Position numbers and translations under genes: made by a program. From Auanema rhodensis (lineage: Eukaryota > Animalia > Nematoda), in assembly GCA_964057225.1 (NCBI GenBank), contig CAXKVF010000085.1, forward strand, positions 62,001-126,000: DNA of 64,000 nt, written 5' to 3'. Under the pieces are notes generated by a model, which was given only the letters and a program-made list of their open reading frames with translations, had not been told where the DNA came from and made no database searches. This document shows positions 41,899-53,100 of this stretch, piece by piece (the stretch's first letter is position 1; every line of letters starts with the position of its first letter).

Positions 41899-44194
41899 CT
41901 AAAAACAAATTTTTATTGATATTGGTGCATGGTAACCATGACTTTGAAATTTACGTGAACTTTAATTTATGCTAATTAAATGTATACGTGATGTGCACTT
42001 GGTATGTAACTCGCTTCATGTGAAAGATAAAGAGATGCGGTTTTCAAAATTAGATTCCCCATGTCCATATTAGTCTAAAAACAAATTTTTATTGATATTG
42101 CTTCATGGTAACCATGACTTTGAAATTTACGTGAACTTTAATTTATGCTAATTAAATGTACACGTGATGTGCACTTGGTATGTAACTCGCTTCATGTGAA
42201 AGATAAAGAGATGCGGTTTTCAAAATTAGATTCCCCATGTCCATATTAGTTTAAAAACAAATTTTTATTGATATTGCTTCATGGTAACCATGACTTTGAA
42301 ATTTACGTGAACTTTAATTTATGCTAATTAAATGTACACGTGATGTGCACTTGGTATGTAACTCGCTTCACGTGAAAGATAAAGAGATGCGGTTTTCAAA
42401 TTTAGATTCCCCATGTCCATATTAGTTTAAAAACAAATTTTTATTGATATTGGTGCATGGTAACCATGACTTTGAAATTTACGTGAACTTTAATTTATGC
42501 TAATTAAATGTACACGTGATGTGCACTTGGTATGTAACTCGCTTCACGTGAAAGATAAAGAGATGCGGTTTTCAAAATTAGATTCCCCATGTCCATATTA
42601 GTCTAAAAACAAATTTTTATTGATATTGGTGCATGGTAACCATGACTTTGAAATTTACGTGAACTTTAATTTATGCTAATTAAATGTACACGTGATGTGC
42701 ACTTGGTATGTAACTCGCTTCACGTGAAAGATAAAGAGATGCGGTTTTCAAAATTAGATTCCCCATGTCCATATTAGTCTAAAAACAAATTTTTATTGAT
42801 ATTGGTGCATGGTAACCATGACTTTGAAATTTACGTGAACTTTAATTTATGCTAATTAAATGTATACGTGATGTGCACTTGGTATGTAACTCGCTTCATG
42901 TGAAAGATAAAGAGATGCGGTTTTCAAAATTAGATTCCCCATGTCCATATTAGTCTAAAAACAAATTTTTATTGATATTGCTTCATGGTAACCATGACTT
43001 TGAAATTTACGTGAACTTTAATTTATGCTAATTAAATGTACACGTGATGTGCACTTGGTATGTAACTCGCTTCACGTGAAAGATAAAGAGATGCGGTTTT
43101 CAAAATTAGATTCCCCATGTCCATATTAGTCTAAAAACAAATTTTTATTGATATTGGTGCATGGTAACCATGACTTTGAAATTTACGTGAACTTTAATTT
43201 ATGCTAATTAAATGTATACGTGATGTGCACTTGGTATGTAACTCGCTTCATGTGAAAGATAAAGAGATGCGGTTTTCAAAATTAGATTCCCCATGTCCAT
43301 ATTAGTCTAAAAACAAATTTTTATTGATATTGCTTCATGGTAACCATGACTTTGAAATTTACGTGAACTTTAATTTATGCTAATTAAATGTACACGTGAT
43401 GTGCACTTGGTATGTAACTCGCTTCATGTGAAAGATAAAGAGATGCGGTTTTCAAAATTAGATTCCCCATGTCCATATTAGTTTAAAAACAAATTTTTAT
43501 TGATATTGCTTCATGGTAACCATGACTTTGAAATTTACGTGAACTTTAATTTATGCTAATTAAATGTACACGTGATGTGCACTTGGTATGTAACTCGCTT
43601 CACGTGAAAGATAAAGAGATGCGGTTTTCAAATTTAGATTCCCCATGTCCATATTAGTCTAAAAACAAATTTTTATTGATATTGGTTCATGGTAACCATG
43701 ACTTTGAAATTTACGTGAACTTTAATTTATGCTAATTAAATGTACACGTGATGTGCACTTGGTATGTAACTCGCTTCACGTGAAAGATAAAGAGATGCGG
43801 TTTTCAAAATTAGATTCCCCATGTCCATATTAGTCTAAAAACAAATTTTTATTGATATTGGTTCATGGTAACCATGACTTTGAAATTTACGTGAACTTTA
43901 ATTTATGCTAATTAAATGTACACGTGATGTGCACTTGGTATGTAACTCGCTTCACGTGAAAGATAAAGAGATGCGGTTTTCAAAATTAGATTCCCCATGT
44001 CCATATTAGTCTAAAAACAAATTTTTATTGATATTGGTGCATGGTAACCATGACTTTGAAATTTACGTGAACTTTAATTTATGCTAATTAAATGTACACG
44101 TGATGTGCACTTGGTATGTAACTCGCTTCACGTGAAAGATAAAGAGATGCGGTTTTCAAAATTAGATTCCCCATGTCCATATTAGTCTAAAAAC
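41899..44194. repeat. 176-bp satellite, 13-monomer spacer between the LINE copies (includes the TSD copies at 41899-41906 and 44187-44194)
   Basis: 2,296 bp = 13x176 + 8-bp TSD, with the same monomer sequence. Confidence 0.99.
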
Positions 44195-44274
44195 TCAAAA
44201 AAAATCATTTATTCAATCGTACTCTTGTTCTCACAGGTGACCTTAATTTTCCTAAAATAAACTGGGATCTTGGT

Positions 44275-46611
44275 ATGTGTTCTCAACCTACTCCTTCGAG
44301 TAAAACTTTACTTAAATTTCTCAATCACAACTGTCTCAACCAGCTGGTCCATTTCCCTACAAGAGGTGAAAATACTCTTGACTATATCATTACAAACAAC
44401 GTCGAATGTATCAACAACATCAACCGTTCTGCTCCTCTAGGAGCTTCTGACCATTTTTCAATAACTTTCCATATACTTTCAAAAGGGCAGAGTTTACAAA
44501 TCCAAAATTCACGTAGTGTTCAATCCACACTTCTTTCCACTTCAACGGAACGGAATTTTCTTCTGGCGGACTATGAGCTCATCAATAGGCAACTAGCCAA
44601 CATTGATTTCTGTTCTGAACTTTCAGGCTTCAGTCCACTCCAATCTTATTCTAGATTCATTTCTATTTTACACTCAATCATTAATACTTTTGTTCCTAAA
44701 AAACAACCAAGGAAAAATAAAAAAGTGGATCGTGACATTATAAAACTCAGAAACTATATAAACAGGCTAAGTTGTTCTTTATACTCATCTGACGAAATCC
44801 ATCGTAAAAATCTTTCAATCAAATTGGACAAACTCATAAAAATCAAATGTGCTTCAGAAGAAGAGCGTATCGCTGCTTTAAAAAATCCTAAACTTTTCTA
44901 TCGTTTTTGTAAATCCCGATTAAATGGTAATACATCGGACGTTCCCAACCTCACTGTCAATAATGAGACAGTTTCTTCAGATGTCGGTAAAGTGTCAGCA
45001 TTCGCTAATGTTTTCACTGTTTCTCCACTGGTCCATCCAGAAACAACTCACACACCCGCTCCTTCTTTCACACACAATCATACCATTGATTTTATAGACA
45101 TAACACCTGATTTAGTCTACAAAACTCTTCAAAATCTACCACTCAGAGTTTCTACGTCCCCGGATGGCATACCATACTATTTTCTCAAACAGTGTGCTTT
45201 TTCCTTAGCTAATCCATTAGCTTTTATTTTTCACAATTTGCTGGTTTCCGCTACTTGTCCTTCCGATTGGAAATTAGCCTGGATTCGTCCCATTTTCAAG
45301 ACAGGCAAATCTGACGATCCAGGTAACTACCGCCCAATTTCACTCACTTCCAGTCTTTCAAAAGTTTTTGAGCGTATCATACGTACTCCACTTTTGAATT
45401 TCGGTATTTCTAATGGTGCCATATCAACAAATCAACACGCCTTTCTTCCTAAAAGAAACACTGTTTCTGCTATTCTCAGTAGCCACATTTTCTTTAGGTC
45501 TTCATTGGACTGCAATATTCCGGTTTTCGTAGCTTTTATTGATTTTTCAAAAGCTTTCGATCTTATAAACCACTTTACTCTTTTTTCAAAGCTCAACTCT
45601 ATAGGAATCAAGGGCCCACTTTATTATTTTCTCCAAAGTTTTATTTCTGGTAGGTCTTTTTCAGTTATGGTCAATAATATTTTATCACCACCTGTACAAC
45701 TCACTTGTGGTGTACCACAAGGTACAGTACTTGGTCCTTTGTTGTTTTTGTATTACATCAATGATATTACATCAAGTTTTCCTGCTGATGTTAACTCTAT
45801 TCTCTATGCAGACGATTTGAAACTGTACAGTACTAACCCTACCAGTCTACAACGTGCTCTTGATCAATTAGAACTATGGTGCAACTCCAACGGAATGGCC
45901 GTCAACACTTCTAAATCTAAAATAATGGTAATATCAAGTAAGTCGATCCGTCATCCTGAAAATATTGCCTTCACCTTCGGTGACAGTAACCTATCTTTAG
46001 TAGATTGCTACAAAGATCTAGGAGTTTTAACAAACTCTAATCTCTCTTTTTCAAACCACATAAACAAAATTACAAGCGAAGCGGCACGGAAATGTCGAAT
46101 AATTTTACGTTGTTTTTACTCCAAATCACCTTTTCTAATGTATAATCTTTTTTGCACTTATATACGACCGATTCTAGAATATGCTACCATTATTTGGTCA
46201 CCACAGGATTCTAAAGACAAGGACCAGATCGAATACGTCCAGAAAAAGTTTTTGCGCGCAGTTTTCATGCGCTCTGGATCTAAAATAAACTATGAAAATC
46301 AACTTTCTTTATTAGGAGGTCAAAAGTTATTTTTCAGAAGACTCGTTTTTGATTTGATTTTTTATTTTAACCAAATAAAGTCGCCTACTTCAGATAATAG
46401 CTTGGATATTCTTAAGCTCAAAAAGTACACACACTTCATGAGGCGACATGAATGGAGTGTTGAGCATCCCAACCTCCGGAAAACTCAGACCAGAAGAGGT
46501 ATTGAATACAGAGGCATAGACACTTGGAACTCAATACCAGAGAACATTGTCAATCTTGAAAAAGCTGTCAACTTCCGTAAACATCTTCAAGTTTTTCTTA
46601 AGAATCATTAA
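44275..46611 (+). CDS. LINE ORF2 (partial APE endonuclease + reverse transcriptase), N-terminally truncated, copy 2
   Basis: The translation is identical to 39024..41360 and carries the same EN and RT motifs. Confidence 0.93.
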   Translation: MCSQPTPSSKTLLKFLNHNCLNQLVHFPTRGENTLDYIITNNVECINNINRSAPLGASDHFSITFHILSKGQSLQIQNSRSVQSTLLSTSTERNFLLADYELINRQLANIDFCSELSGFSPLQSYSRFISILHSIINTFVPKKQPRKNKKVDRDIIKLRNYINRLSCSLYSSDEIHRKNLSIKLDKLIKIKCASEEERIAALKNPKLFYRFCKSRLNGNTSDVPNLTVNNETVSSDVGKVSAFANVFTVSPLVHPETTHTPAPSFTHNHTIDFIDITPDLVYKTLQNLPLRVSTSPDGIPYYFLKQCAFSLANPLAFIFHNLLVSATCPSDWKLAWIRPIFKTGKSDDPGNYRPISLTSSLSKVFERIIRTPLLNFGISNGAISTNQHAFLPKRNTVSAILSSHIFFRSSLDCNIPVFVAFIDFSKAFDLINHFTLFSKLNSIGIKGPLYYFLQSFISGRSFSVMVNNILSPPVQLTCGVPQGTVLGPLLFLYYINDITSSFPADVNSILYADDLKLYSTNPTSLQRALDQLELWCNSNGMAVNTSKSKIMVISSKSIRHPENIAFTFGDSNLSLVDCYKDLGVLTNSNLSFSNHINKITSEAARKCRIILRCFYSKSPFLMYNLFCTYIRPILEYATIIWSPQDSKDKDQIEYVQKKFLRAVFMRSGSKINYENQLSLLGGQKLFFRRLVFDLIFYFNQIKSPTSDNSLDILKLKKYTHFMRRHEWSVEHPNLRKTQTRRGIEYRGIDTWNSIPENIVNLEKAVNFRKHLQVFLKNH

Positions 46612-47149
46612 ATTTATTTTTCTCATTTTTGTACTATATTTGTCTAGCGTCCTATTTTTTTGAATTATTGTCTCAATATGTTTTTTTATAACTTTTTAAA
46701 GCTAAGTAACTTTATGTGTCACTGTTTTGTTCCAACCACATCCTCGCTTCCTTCTTTGCTACACTGTTACTTCACCATAGTTTCTATAGGCATTAGCCAT
46801 ACGAACCAGGTGACAGTTACCTCTTCTTACCAGAACGGGCTCGACTTTATTATAAGTTCCACCGCACCTGGTAAACGTAAAAAAAGAGGTCAGATCACTT
46901 ATCTGATTTGAACAACTCCCCTGTTTTTTGAGAATGGGTTAACATTTCATAATACATAGAGAGACTAGCTAAAAGTATGTATCTTAAAAGACAAAATTGA
47001 TTCAATAACTCTTCTCAACTTTGCACATTTATTGCTTATTCATTTTTTAATTTTTATAATTATGTTCGTATTGTAAGGATCTTTTTTCATACTTCTTCTC
47101 TTAAAAACCACTAATGTTACAACCTGTGATAAAGAACAATAAACCTTGA
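46612..47149 (+). other. 3' UTR of LINE copy 2, with AATAAA at 47138-47143
   Basis: Same sequence as 41361-41898. Confidence 0.8.
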
Positions 47150-50100
47150 CTAAAAACAAATTTTTATTGATATTGGTGCATGGTAACCATGACTTTGAAA
47201 TTTACGTGAACTTTAATTTATGCTAATTAAATGTATACGTGATGTGCACTTGGTATGTAACTCGCTTCATGTGAAAGATAAAGAGATGCGGTTTTCAAAA
47301 TTAGATTCCCCATGTCCATATTAGTCTAAAAACAAATTTTTATTGATATTGCTTCATGGTAACCATGACTTTGAAATTTACGTGAACTTTAATTTATGCT
47401 AATTAAATGTACACGTGATGTGCACTTGGTATGTAACTCGCTTCATGTGAAAGATAAAGAGATGCGGTTTTCAAAATTAGATTCCCCATGTCCATATTAG
47501 TTTAAAAACAAATTTTTATTGATATTGCTTCATGGTAACCATGACTTTGAAATTTACGTGAACTTTAATTTATGCTAATTAAATGTACACGTGATGTGCA
47601 CTTGGTATGTAACTCGCTTCACGTGAAAGATAAAGAGATGCGGTTTTCAAATTTAGATTCCCCATGTCCATATTAGTTTAAAAACAAATTTTTATTGATA
47701 TTGGTGCATGGTAACCATGACTTTGAAATTTACGTGAACTTTAATTTATGCTAATTAAATGTACACGTGATGTGCACTTGGTATGTAACTCGCTTCACGT
47801 GAAAGATAAAGAGATGCGGTTTTCAAAATTAGATTCCCCATGTCCATATTAGTCTAAAAACAAATTTTTATTGATATTGGTGCATGGTAACCATGACTTT
47901 GAAATTTACGTGAACTTTAATTTATGCTAATTAAATGTACACGTGATGTGCACTTGGTATGTAACTCGCTTCACGTGAAAGATAAAGAGATGCGGTTTTC
48001 AAAATTAGATTCCCCATGTCCATATTAGTCTAAAAACAAATTTTTATTGATATTGGTGCATGGTAACCATGACTTTGAAATTTACGTGAACTTTAATTTA
48101 TGCTAATTAAATGTATACGTGATGTGCACTTGGTATGTAACTCGCTTCATGTGAAAGATAAAGAGATGCGGTTTTCAAAATTAGATTCCCCATGTCCATA
48201 TTAGTCTAAAAACAAATTTTTATTGATATTGCTTCATGGTAACCATGACTTTGAAATTTACGTGAACTTTAATTTATGCTAATTAAATGTACACGTGATG
48301 TGCACTTGGTATGTAACTCGCTTCACGTGAAAGATAAAGAGATGCGGTTTTCAAAATTAGATTCCCCATGTCCATATTAGTCTAAAAACAAATTTTTATT
48401 GATATTGGTGCATGGTAACCATGACTTTGAAATTTACGTGAACTTTAATTTATGCTAATTAAATGTATACGTGATGTGCACTTGGTATGTAACTCGCTTC
48501 ATGTGAAAGATAAAGAGATGCGGTTTTCAAAATTAGATTCCCCATGTCCATATTAGTCTAAAAACAAATTTTTATTGATATTGCTTCATGGTAACCATGA
48601 CTTTGAAATTTACGTGAACTTTAATTTATGCTAATTAAATGTACACGTGATGTGCACTTGGTATGTAACTCGCTTCATGTGAAAGATAAAGAGATGCGGT
48701 TTTCAAAATTAGATTCCCCATGTCCATATTAGTTTAAAAACAAATTTTTATTGATATTGCTTCATGGTAACCATGACTTTGAAATTTACGTGAACTTTAA
48801 TTTATGCTAATTAAATGTACACGTGATGTGCACTTGGTATGTAACTCGCTTCACGTGAAAGATAAAGAGATGCGGTTTTCAAATTTAGATTCCCCATGTC
48901 CATATTAGTCTAAAAACAAATTTTTATTGATATTGGTTCATGGTAACCATGACTTTGAAATTTACGTGAACTTTAATTTATGCTAATTAAATGTACACGT
49001 GATGTGCACTTGGTATGTAACTCGCTTCACGTGAAAGATAAAGAGATGCGGTTTTCAAAATTAGATTCCCCATGTCCATATTAGTCTAAAAACAAATTTT
49101 TATTGATATTGGTTCATGGTAACCATGACTTTGAAATTTACGTGAACTTTAATTTATGCTAATTAAATGTACACGTGATGTGCACTTGGTATGTAACTCG
49201 CTTCACGTGAAAGATAAAGAGATGCGGTTTTCAAAATTAGATTCCCCATGTCCATATTAGTCTAAAAACAAATTTTTATTGATATTGGTGCATGGTAACC
49301 ATGACTTTGAAATTTACGTGAACTTTAATTTATGCTAATTAAATGTACACGTGATGTGCACTTGGTATGTAACTCGCTTCACGTGAAAGATAAAGAGATG
49401 CGGTTTTCAAAATTAGATTCCCCATGTCCATATTAGTCTAAAAACAAATTTTTATTGATATTGGTGCATGGTAACCATGACTTTGAAATTTACGTGAACT
49501 TTAATTTATGCTAATTAAATGTATACGTGATGTGCACTTGGTATGTAACTCGCTTCATGTGAAAGATAAAGAGATGCGGTTTTCAAAATTAGATTCCCCA
49601 TGTCCATATTAGTCTAAAAACAAATTTTTATTGATATTGCTTCATGGTAACCATGACTTTGAAATTTACGTGAACTTTAATTTATGCTAATTAAATGTAC
49701 ACGTGATGTGCACTTGGTATGTAACTCGCTTCATGTGAAAGATAAAGAGATGCGGTTTTCAAAATTAGATTCCCCATGTCCATATTAGTTTAAAAACAAA
49801 TTTTTATTGATATTGCTTCATGGTAACCATGACTTTGAAATTTACGTGAACTTTAATTTATGCTAATTAAATGTACACGTGATGTGCACTTGGTATGTAA
49901 CTCGCTTCACGTGAAAGATAAAGAGATGCGGTTTTCAAATTTAGATTCCCCATGTCCATATTAGTTTAAAAACAAATTTTTATTGATATTGGTGCATGGT
50001 AACCATGACTTTGAAATTTACGTGAACTTTAATTTATGCTAATTAAATGTACACGTGATGTGCACTTGGTATGTAACTCGCTTCACGTGAAAGATAAAGA

Positions 50101-53100
50101 GATGCGGTTTTCAAAATTAGATTCCCCATGTCCATATTAGTCTAAAAACAAATTTTTATTGATATTGGTTCATGGTAACCATGACTTTGAAATTTACGTG
50201 AACTTTAATTTATGCTAATTAAATGTACACGTGATGTTCACTTGGTATGTAACTCGCTTCACGTGAAAGATAAAGAGATGCGGTTTTCAAAATTAGATTC
50301 CCCATGTCCATATTAGTTTAAAAACAAATTTTTATTGATATTGGTGCATGGTAACCATGACTTTGAAATTTACGTGAACTTTAATTTATGCTAATTAAAT
50401 GTACACGTGATGTGCACTTGGTATGTAACTCGCTTCACGTGAAAGATAAAGAGATACGGTTTTCAAAATTAGATTCCCCATGTCCATATTAAACTAAAAA
50501 CAAATTTTTATTGATATTGGTGCATGGTAACCATGACTTTGAAATTTACGTGAACTTTAATTTATGCTAATTAAATGTACACGTGATGTGCACTTGGTAT
50601 GTAACTCGCTTCACGTGTAAGATAAAGAGATGCGGTTTTCAAAATTAGATTCCCCATGTCCATATTAGTCTAAAAACAAATTTTTATTGATATTGGTTCA
50701 TGGTAACCATGACTTTGAAATTTACGTGAACTTTAATTTATGCTAATTAAATGTACACGTGATGTGCACTTGGTATGTAACTCGCTTCACGTGTAAGATA
50801 AAGAGATGCGGTTTTCAAAATTAGATTCCCCATGTCCATATTAGTCTAAAAACAAATTTTTATTGATATTGGTTCATGGTAACCATGACTTTGAAATTTA
50901 CGTGAACTTTAATTTATGCTAATTAAATGTACACGTGATGTGCACTTGGTATGTAACTCGCTTCACGTGAAAGAAAAAGAGATGCGGTTTTCAACATTAG
51001 ATTCCCCATGTCCATATTAGTCTAAAAACAAATTTTTATTGATATTGGTGCATGGTAACCATGACTTTGAAATTTACGTGAACTTTAATTTATGCTAATT
51101 AAATGTACACGTGATGTGCACTTGGTATGTAACTCGCTTCACGTGAAAGATAAAGAGATGCGGTTTTCAAAATTAGATTCCCCATGTCCATATTAGTCTA
51201 AAAACAAATTTTTATTGATATTGCTTCATGGTAACCATGACTTTGAAATTTACGTGAACTTTAATTTATGCTAATTAAATGTACACGTGATGTGCACTTG
51301 GTATGTAACTCGCTTCACGTGAAAGATAAAGAGATGCGGTTTTCAAAATTAGATTCCCCATGTCCATATTAGTCTAAAAACAAATTTTTATTGATATTGC
51401 TTCATGGTAACCATGACTTTGAAATTTACGTGAACTTTAATTTATGCTAATTAAATGTACACGTGATGTGCACTTGGTATGTAACTCGCTTCACGTGAAA
51501 GATAAAGAGATGCGGTTTTCAAAATTAGATTCCCCATGTCCATATTAGTCTAAAAACAAATTTTTATTGATATTGGTGCATGGTAACCATGACTTTGAAA
51601 TTTACGTGAACTTTAATTTATGCTAATTAAATGTACACGTGATGTGCACTTGGTATGTAACTCGCTTCACGTGAAAGATAAAGAGATGCGGTTTTCAAAA
51701 TTAGATTCCCCATGTCCATATTAGTCTAAAAACAAATTTTTATTGATATTGCTTCATGGTAACCATGACTTTGAAATTTACGTGAACTTTAATTTATGCT
51801 AATTAAATGTACACGTGATGTGCACTTGGTATGTAACTCGCTTCACGTGAAAGATAAAGAGATGCGGTTTTCAAAATTAGATTCCCCATGTCCATATTAG
51901 TCTAAAAACAAATTTTTATTGATATTGGTGCATGGTAACCATGACTTTGAAATTTACGTGAACTTTAATTTATGCTAATTAAATGTACACGTGATGTGCA
52001 CTTGGTATGTAACTCCCTTCACGTGAAAGATAAAGAGATGCGGTTTTCAAAATTAGATTCCCCATGTCCATATTAGTCTAAAAACAAATTTTTATTGATA
52101 TTGCTTCATGGTAACCATGACTTTGAAATTTACGTGAACTTTAATTTATGCTAATTAAATGTACACGTGATGTGCACTTGGTATGTAACTCGCTTCACGT
52201 GAAAGATAAAGAGATGCGGTTTTCAAAATTAGATTCCCCATGTCCATATTAGTCTAAAAACAAATTTTTATTGATATTGGTTCATGGTAACCATGACTTT
52301 GAAACTTACGTGAACTTTAATTTATGCTAATTAAATGTACACGTGATGTGCACTTGGTATGTAACTCCCTTCACGTGAAAGATAAAGAGATGCGGTTTTC
52401 AAAATTAGATTCCCCATGTCCATATTAGTCTAAAAACAAATTTTTATTGATATTGCTTCATGGTAACCATGACTTTGAAATTTACGTGAACTTTAATTTA
52501 TGCTAATTAAATGTACACGTGATGTGCACTTGGTATGTAACTCGCTTCACGTGAAAGATAAAGAGATGCGGTTTTCAAAATTAGATTCCCCATGTCCATA
52601 TTAGTCTAAAAACAAATTTTTATTGATATTGGTTCATGGTAACCATGACTTTGAAATTTACGTGAACTTTAATTTATGCTAATTAAATGTACACGTGATG
52701 TGCACTTGGAATGTAACTCGCTTCACGTGAAAGATAAAGAGATGCGGTTTTCAAAATTAGATTCCCCATGTCCATATTAGTCTAAAAACAAATTTTTATT
52801 GATATTGGTTCATGGTAACCATGACTTTGAAATTTACGTGAACTTTAATTTATGCTAATTAAATGTACACGTGATGTGCACTTGGTATGTAACTCGCTTC
52901 ACGTGAAAGATAAAGAGATGCGGTTTTCAAAATTAGATTCCCCATGTCCATATTAGTCTAAAAACAAATTTTTATTGATATTGGTGCATGGTAACCATGA
53001 CTTTGAAATTTACGTGAACTTTAATTTATGCTAATTAAATGTACACGTGATGTGCACTTGGTATGTAACTCGCTTCACGTGAAAGATAAAGAGATGCGGT

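Larger units (their letters stand above)
44195..47149 (+). mobile_element. 5'-truncated non-LTR retrotransposon (LINE, CR1/L2 group), copy 2, apparently identical to copy 1
   Basis: Same 5' junction (CTAAAAAC|TCAAAAAAAATC), same 3' junction (CCTTGA|CTAAAAAC) and identical ORF translation. Offset is 5,251 bp. Confidence 0.95.
38383..49445. repeat. Tandem duplication with a 5,251-bp period (LINE + 13 satellite monomers)
   Basis: 38383-44194 matches 43634-49445, including the order of monomer variants (GTATACG, TTCATGTG, GCTTC, GTTTAAAA, TCAAATTT). The left limit is set by A38382 versus T43633. Confidence 0.88.

Noticed and set aside
38944-47149. The two copies as LTRs of one element, or as two independent site-specific insertions
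   Set aside because: The repeats themselves encode the RT and the interior is plain satellite. Identical truncation points and flank haplotypes indicate segmental duplication.
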